Virus record (IMG/VR): IMGVR_UViG_3300001200_000025
Location: 1-37,414 of that record
Direction: 5' to 3' (one strand)
DNA from: a virus
DNA: 37,414 nt
Of the stretch, positions 33,101 to 37,414 are shown piece by piece. The notes beneath the pieces are model-generated. The model searched no databases and had not been told where the DNA came from. It saw nothing but the letters and a program-made list of their open reading frames with translations. A program made the position numbers and the translations under genes. The stretch's first letter is position 1; every line of letters starts with the position of its first letter.

Positions 33101-33298
33101 ATGCAACCGAGCGAATTGTTGAAAGAGATTGAAAGGGCCATTGATGATCTGGGCGCAGTAGCCTCCGATTTGAAAGATGTGGTTGATGGTGAGATTGATC
33201 TGGATGAGGTCAACGATGTGTATCTGCACCTTGCAGAAACGCGGTGCGTTCGGGTCAAGCAGGCAATACAGCGCGCCGAGGCGGTGGTTGCAGCATGA
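33101..33298 (+). CDS. Hypothetical acidic small protein (65 aa)
   Basis: ATG 33101 follows TGGAG. The 3' end overlaps the next start (ATGA). Confidence 0.5.
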   Translation: MQPSELLKEIERAIDDLGAVASDLKDVVDGEIDLDEVNDVYLHLAETRCVRVKQAIQRAEAVVAA

Positions 33299-33507
33299 CC
33301 GCGCTCATGCGCGCCGGGCGCTTTACCGGCCTCACCAGCGTGGCGGCAGTTGATCTACCACCTGATTTAGCGCACTCATGGGCGCAGGGTTTAGTACAAT
33401 CAACGGCGCACCCCGACCCCGAGATCGGGCACTACCATTGGCGGCGCTGGTCTGACGTGGACCTTGATGTATTTTTGTTATCTCTTTGTGGGGTGAGTGA
33501 TGGATGA
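33295..33507 (+). CDS. Hypothetical protein (70 aa)
   Basis: Coupled to the upstream gene by an ATGA overlap. Confidence 0.5.
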   Translation: MTALMRAGRFTGLTSVAAVDLPPDLAHSWAQGLVQSTAHPDPEIGHYHWRRWSDVDLDVFLLSLCGVSDG

Positions 33508-33655
33508 TCGTGACCTACGCCCGCGCCATCATCGCAACATGCGTTTTGCGCGCACGGAAAACATCATCCTGACCACGTTGGCGATTGGCTTTGCGGTGCT
33601 GGTGTGGGGCGGCAAGATTGCGCTGCTATGGCAACTCATCTCAAGGATATTTTAA
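33500..33655 (+). CDS. Hypothetical small membrane protein (51 aa), not in the ORF track
   Basis: Read by hand as MDDRDLRPRHHRNMRFARTENIILTTLAIGFAVLVWGGKIALLWQLISRIF. It has one TM and overlaps the upstream gene by 8 nt. Confidence 0.35.
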   Translation: MDDRDLRPRHHRNMRFARTENIILTTLAIGFAVLVWGGKIALLWQLISRIF

Positions 33656-33704
33656 CCATTATCGGATGGGCTGTCATTGAAACATGCAAGCAAAGGGTGA
33701 GACG

Positions 33705-34079
33705 ATGAAAATTCTATTGGGCGGCGCTGCCGCCGTGGGTGTTCTGGCGATGGTGGTTGCGGGCGGCGGTGGCGATGATGCTGCCGCCGTCAAGCGTGTC
33801 GGGTATTTCAAATCAGATGATGGCGCGCGCGTGATGGCCTATCAGGCCGCTGCGCCGGTTTCCGATCTTGAGGCCCGGGCGATATTGCGCGCGGCACCCT
33901 CAACGGATGGCAGGGTGACCATGGCGGTGCTATACCAACCCGGCAGCGCGGCACCGGGCGGCGAATTGACCACCGCCCCGAACCTCACCGCCGCTGCCCG
34001 GCTGATCGGCGAGCCGCCCTTTGATACTTGGGCGGTGCGCCTGCGCGTCAACCCGGCGGGATTGCAGACATTCGATTGA
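33705..34079 (+). CDS. Exported protein with signal peptide (124 aa)
   Basis: ATG 33705 follows GGGTGAG. The N-terminus MKILLGGAAAVGVLAMVVAGGGG is signal-peptide-like. Confidence 0.6.
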   Translation: MKILLGGAAAVGVLAMVVAGGGGDDAAAVKRVGYFKSDDGARVMAYQAAAPVSDLEARAILRAAPSTDGRVTMAVLYQPGSAAPGGELTTAPNLTAAARLIGEPPFDTWAVRLRVNPAGLQTFD

Positions 34080-34094
34080 GGAAGGCGTGACGGG

Positions 34095-35414
34095 GTGGGA
34101 ATTGTAAACGACCGGGGGCGATATTATTGGGTCAAGCGCATCCCAAAGCGCTACGCTGGCCTTGTGCGCGGCGCTGATGGCCAGCCGGTCAGTCAGGTGC
34201 GCCAAGCCCTGCACACCGATAGCAAGCCCGAGGCGCGCGCCAAGGCCGCGCAAATTGAGGCCGAGCGCATGGCCGAATGGGAGGCCATGCTGGCCGGTGA
34301 CAGCGCCAGTGCCCGCGCCCATTATGAGGCCGCGCGCAAGCTGGCGCAGGCCCGGGGTTTTGCCTATCGGCCCGTGGGTGACATTGCGGGCGGTGATTTG
34401 CCCGATTTGGTGGCGCGCCTCACATCGCTGGCCGAGGGTGGCAATCTGACGGCCAGCCCGGCGGCAACCGAGGCCATCTTGGGCACCGTGCCCGAGGTGC
34501 TGCCATCGCTGATTGAGTTGCGGGATGAGTATTATGACCGCACCAAAACCCGGCATCTGAAAAAATCGGAGATGCAACTCAAGAAATGGCGGCAGAAACG
34601 CGACCGCGCGGTGCGCAATTTCCTTGATGTGATCGTGCCCGGGCCTGATCCCGACAAAAAGGATCTGCCCATGGCCGAGGTGAACCGGGCCAATGCGCTC
34701 AAGTTTCGGGATTGGTGGCAAGTCAAGGTTGAGGGTGGCCTAAAAATCGACACGGCCAACAAAGATTTGAGCCATCTTTCCGAGATGCTGCGCACATGGG
34801 CCAAGCTGACCGACACGGCGCTTGATGATCCCTTTGCCGGGCTGCGCCTTGAGGGCAAGGATGAGAGCGAGAAACCGGCCTTTTCGCGCGAATGGATTAC
34901 CGGTCAGATATTGGCCCCCGGTGCGCTTGATGGCCTGAATGATGAGGCCGCCGATGTGCTGTTGATCATGCTCAACACCGCCCTGCGCCCGTCCGAGATC
35001 ACCGATGCGCCGTTGAGCGATTTTGAGACAACGGCCAATGTGCCCTATCTGCGCGTGGCCCCGAATGGCCGTGAGTTAAAGGTGGCGCACACAAAGCGCG
35101 ATATTCCGCTTTTGGGGGTTTCTCTTGAGGCTGCCCGCCGCATCGTGGCCCGGGGTGGCATTCTGCGCTATCGGCACAAGGCCGGGTCGTGGTCTGCCGC
35201 CGTTAATAAGTATCTGGCCACCAATGGGCTGCGCGAAACCCCGGCGCATACCGCCTATTCAATTCGCCACTATGTTGAAAATGCCTTGCTGGCCGCAAAG
35301 GTTGATGATCGGGTGCGCGCCGATATCTTGGGGCACAAATATCATCGGCCAAGCTATGGTGATGGTGGTGCCTTGGCTGGCCGCGCCGAGGCGCTGACGC
35401 TCATCGCTCTTTAG
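34095..35414 (+). CDS. int: Tyrosine integrase (DUF6538-type N-terminus)
   Basis: The N-terminus is RGRYYWVKRIPKRY. Catalytic-type motifs are ALRPSEI, YSIRHYVEN, LGH and PSYGDG. GTG start. Confidence 0.9.
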   Translation: MGIVNDRGRYYWVKRIPKRYAGLVRGADGQPVSQVRQALHTDSKPEARAKAAQIEAERMAEWEAMLAGDSASARAHYEAARKLAQARGFAYRPVGDIAGGDLPDLVARLTSLAEGGNLTASPAATEAILGTVPEVLPSLIELRDEYYDRTKTRHLKKSEMQLKKWRQKRDRAVRNFLDVIVPGPDPDKKDLPMAEVNRANALKFRDWWQVKVEGGLKIDTANKDLSHLSEMLRTWAKLTDTALDDPFAGLRLEGKDESEKPAFSREWITGQILAPGALDGLNDEAADVLLIMLNTALRPSEITDAPLSDFETTANVPYLRVAPNGRELKVAHTKRDIPLLGVSLEAARRIVARGGILRYRHKAGSWSAAVNKYLATNGLRETPAHTAYSIRHYVENALLAAKVDDRVRADILGHKYHRPSYGDGGALAGRAEALTLIAL

Positions 35415-35599
35415 GCCGCCTGATCCACCTCACCACCGATCAGCGCTGCCGCGCGCGCCAACGCAGAGTTGCGGCCACTTGCCGCCTCGGCCTCGGCCTC
35501 AAGCCGTAAGAAAACCGGCAGAAATGCCTCGCCATCACGCGCCACAATCTGCGCCGCAATGCGCAGCGCCGCGTCGATCTGCGCCCGATCAACCTGCAT
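35411..35599 (-). CDS. Hypothetical protein (62 aa)
   Basis: Its start overlaps the upstream minus-strand gene by 11 nt. Its stop overlaps the int stop convergently by 4 nt. Confidence 0.45.
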   Translation of the reverse strand: MQVDRAQIDAALRIAAQIVARDGEAFLPVFLRLEAEAEAASGRNSALARAAALIGGEVDQAA

Positions 35600-35834
35600 G
35601 GTATGTCACCTTTAGGTTGAGCGAATTTAGTTTCCTAATGAATGTCTGATAGGTCAGCCCGGCCATCTTGGCGGCCTTGCTCTTATTACCGTCGGCGGCA
35701 TTAAGTACCGTGCAAATGTATTCCTTTTCAACGGCCTGTATCGCTTGGCTAAGCGTCTGGCCGTCAAATTCTGTTTTCTGCGGCACGTTCTGTGCCGGTC
35801 CCTCGTCCAACAAAAATCCAAATCCCCATCTCAA
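35589..35834 (-). CDS. Fis-type HTH DNA-binding protein (possible excisionase/recombination directionality factor)
   Basis: The C-terminus EKEYICTVLNAADGNKSKAAKMAGLTYQTFIRKLNSL is an HTH_8 (Fis/NtrC C-terminal) pattern. The gene is markedly lower in GC than its neighbours. Confidence 0.7.
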   Translation of the reverse strand: MRWGFGFLLDEGPAQNVPQKTEFDGQTLSQAIQAVEKEYICTVLNAADGNKSKAAKMAGLTYQTFIRKLNSLNLKVTYHAG

Positions 35835-35888
35835 CTGTGTCGATTGATATTAAACCGAGAGTTGTGTGGAGAGTGTTAACGTGCGATT

Positions 35889-35913
35889 AAAAACCGGTCA
35901 AAAATACCGGTTT
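35889..35913 (-). terminator. Hairpin with T-run on the minus strand downstream of the repressor gene
   Basis: On the minus strand it reads aaaccggt-atttttg-accggttttt. Confidence 0.4.
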
Positions 35914-35952
35914 GATAATGTTTTTTTTGATCTGACCCTTGAAAAAACCGGC

Positions 35953-36555
35953 CTATGGCAGCTTGACAGTAAGCACAATTTTACCCATGACCGCCGCCGA
36001 CTCGGACTTGAGCCAATGCCGCACCCTGCCATCGCTATCAAGCCCGATCAGGTAAGGCTCGGCCAGATACCGGATGCAGAGGCCATCTCGGCTATCGAAT
36101 ACAACCACCAAATCCCCGGTTTGCGGCTTGTCAATCTGGCGCAGGATTACTGTGCTATCAGCGGGCACGCCGAGGGCATCGGCCCCGGGCGGCAGGTGGT
36201 AGGCGCGCAGATCGTCGCCCGAGCCATCAATTTCAATGTCCAGCTTTTCCAGTAGCGGGAATGCGTCAAGCCCTTCCAAATCCTGCCAAGCTGGCCCCTT
36301 GTGCAGCCTTGACGCAGCCCTGCGCACCTCGCTTTCCCCCGAAAGGTATTCCCGATCAACCCCGAGCGTACGCGCCAGTTTGGCCAGCGTGCCCTCCCGG
36401 GGCGTGCGGTCAGGTGAGGTGAGTAGATCATTCACGGCTCCCTTTCCAAGCCCTGCCATGGTTGACAGTTTCGTTGCCGACCATCCTTTTTCTGCCAAAA
36501 GCGCTTGCAGGCGCTCAATCGTTGCGGGTGTTGCTGTTGCCATGCTGTCTTTCAT
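35953..36555 (-). CDS. CI-like repressor (XRE-type HTH plus S24/LexA-like C-terminal domain)
   Basis: The N-terminal HTH is WSATKLSTMAGLGKGAVNDLL. The C-terminus GDLVVVFDSRDGLCIRYL...VMGKIV follows the S24 fold pattern. The gene is divergent from the early operon. Confidence 0.8.
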   Translation of the reverse strand: MKDSMATATPATIERLQALLAEKGWSATKLSTMAGLGKGAVNDLLTSPDRTPREGTLAKLARTLGVDREYLSGESEVRRAASRLHKGPAWQDLEGLDAFPLLEKLDIEIDGSGDDLRAYHLPPGADALGVPADSTVILRQIDKPQTGDLVVVFDSRDGLCIRYLAEPYLIGLDSDGRVRHWLKSESAAVMGKIVLTVKLP

Positions 36556-36725
36556 AATTGTTATTTTTTATCATTTTTGGAAATTTGTCGCATCGCGCGA
36601 TAAGGCTCCCCATTTTCGGGGGTATCCCGGCTGATTTTGAAAAATCAAGCACCGGTTTGACTATCACGCCCGGCATTTAGCCTCGGCATAACGGTTGGCA
36701 TCACCGCCAAACGGGAGCCGATCAG
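36556..36725. promoter_or_regulatory. Divergent lysis-lysogeny switch region (AT-rich)
   Basis: A 170-nt intergenic region between the repressor and the early operon. It contains the 16-bp palindrome tgattttgaaaaatca (36632-36647), the palindrome atcgcgcgat, and a TTGACT -35-like hexamer at 36657. Confidence 0.5.
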
Positions 36726-37052
36726 ATGAATGCCATTACCGCCCTCAATCAACCGCGCGTTGTGCGCCAGCCCTTGGCCTTGGTGCTGATCGGCGGCCTT
36801 GCGATGCACGGCCACCTTGACGCCACCGCCATCACGATGCGCGGCGAGGCTATGGGCCTTGATACCGCCGCCCAAGCCCGCGCCGTGCTGGACCTGATTG
36901 ACCGGGGCCTTGCATCGGTCAGCCGTGAGGGCAGCGATGGCCACTTGCTGGCCACCCCGGCGCTTGAGGGTCTGGACCGTTCATACCGTGTGAGGGGCAT
37001 CATGGCCTATCTGGCCGTGGCCAAGAACGCGCCGGTGCAGGGCCATGCGTAA
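36726..37052 (+). CDS. Hypothetical protein in the first early gene (Cro) position
   Basis: ATG 36726 follows GGGAG. No clear HTH was recognised. Confidence 0.55.
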   Translation: MNAITALNQPRVVRQPLALVLIGGLAMHGHLDATAITMRGEAMGLDTAAQARAVLDLIDRGLASVSREGSDGHLLATPALEGLDRSYRVRGIMAYLAVAKNAPVQGHA

Positions 37053-37311
37053 CATGAACCTGCTGCGCTTCCTTTCCGCCGTGCAAGAGCACACCGAAAC
37101 CGCCACCACGCTCATGGCCGCCTCGGGCTATGACCCCCTTGAATTGCAGATTGCGGTTTGCGCCGCGCAAAAGAATGGCTTTGTCGAGGGCACAGGCAAA
37201 ATTCACCCATCGCTGCGCCTCACCGCCGCTGGCCGTGCATGGGCCGCCGAGCAACTGGCCGATTTTGAGCCGCTGGCCCAATTCATTCAGCCCAAAGTGA
37301 GGGCCGCCTGA
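37045..37311 (+). CDS. Hypothetical protein (88 aa), possibly winged-helix
   Basis: It overlaps both neighbours (TGATG junction with the MTase start). Confidence 0.55.
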   Translation: MRNMNLLRFLSAVQEHTETATTLMAASGYDPLELQIAVCAAQKNGFVEGTGKIHPSLRLTAAGRAWAAEQLADFEPLAQFIQPKVRAA

Positions 37312-37414
37312 TGGCCCATCTCACATTGCATGAGGGCGATTGCATTGAGGTGATGGCATCGCTGCCCGAAAATCACTTTGACGCCATCGTGACGGACCCG
37401 CCCTACCACCTCAC
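37311..37414 (+). CDS. DNA methyltransferase, 5' portion (continues at position 1 through the terminal repeat)
   Basis: MAHLTLHEGDCIEVMASLPENHFDAIVTDPPYHL is the canonical N-terminus of PF01555-type MTases. Confidence 0.85.
   Translation, partial: MAHLTLHEGDCIEVMASLPENHFDAIVTDPPYHL
37366..37414. repeat. Terminal direct repeat, right copy (identical to 1-49)
   Basis: An exact 49/49 match to the window start. Confidence 0.95.

Noticed and set aside
35866-36255. 129-aa + strand ORF
   Set aside because: It is antisense to the well-supported CI-like repressor gene and starts in the terminator region, with no motif.
1-37414. Z-genome (diaminopurine) or other hypermodification pathway, suggested by the HD + MazG + dATP/dGTP-PPase-like set
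   Set aside because: No PurZ-like (adenylosuccinate synthetase-type) ORF was seen, and no deazaguanine, glucosyl- or hydroxymethyl-transferase genes. The enzyme set alone is insufficient.
1-37414. CRISPR arrays, tRNA/rRNA genes, transposases/IS elements, reverse transcriptase (DGR/retron), and toxin-antitoxin pairs
   Set aside because: No regularly spaced repeat-spacer array, cloverleaf-compatible sequence, DDE/RT motif or obvious TA pair was seen in any frame. The repeats found are short binding-site-like motifs (CCTCACC, GGCACCC, CCCGCAACA).

Overview
The window is one complete, circularly closed element. Bases 1-49 are identical to 37366-37414, and joining them restores a split DNA methyltransferase gene, so the unique length is 37,365 bp. 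Gene content is that of a temperate, high-GC, siphovirus-type phage or prophage of an alphaproteobacterium, probably Rhodobacterales, because the tail-tip genes are of the RcGTA g12-g15 type. Nearly all genes are on the + strand and tightly packed, many with ATGA/GTGA start-stop overlaps. Modules in order: (1) An early operon with an orphan beta-class MTase, an HD phosphohydrolase, a CHC2/Toprim primase, a MazG-like protein, an HNH nuclease, a DUF2793-like protein and a P4/D5-type primase-helicase. (2) A repeat-rich, AT-cored origin-like region at 9.42-9.83 kb. (3) Lambda-like packaging and head genes (Nu1-like TerS, GpA TerL, gpW-like, lambda-family portal, fused prohead protease-major capsid protein), with an ssb gene wedged between terL and the gpW-like gene. 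(4) Tail genes: major tail protein, a chaperone with a canonical GGGAAAC -1 frameshift, tape measure, and GTA-like g12/g13/g14/g15. (5) A lysis region (holin candidate, M15 endolysin, overlapping i/o-spanins) interrupted by an HTH-metallophosphoesterase gene and a DUF5664-like NTP pyrophosphohydrolase gene. (6) A lysogeny module: an AT-rich att-like region flanked by 12-bp-phased CCCGCAACA arrays, four small genes, a tyrosine integrase, and on the minus strand a Fis-type HTH gene and a CI-like repressor facing a divergent switch region. No rRNA, tRNA, CRISPR array, transposase or reverse transcriptase was found. The best candidate for something undescribed is the metallophosphoesterase/NTP-pyrophosphohydrolase pair inside the lysis cassette. 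It adds to two other nucleotide hydrolases in a 37-kb genome that lacks any recognisable base-modification synthase. All homology statements come from reading motifs by eye and need HMM or structure searches to confirm.
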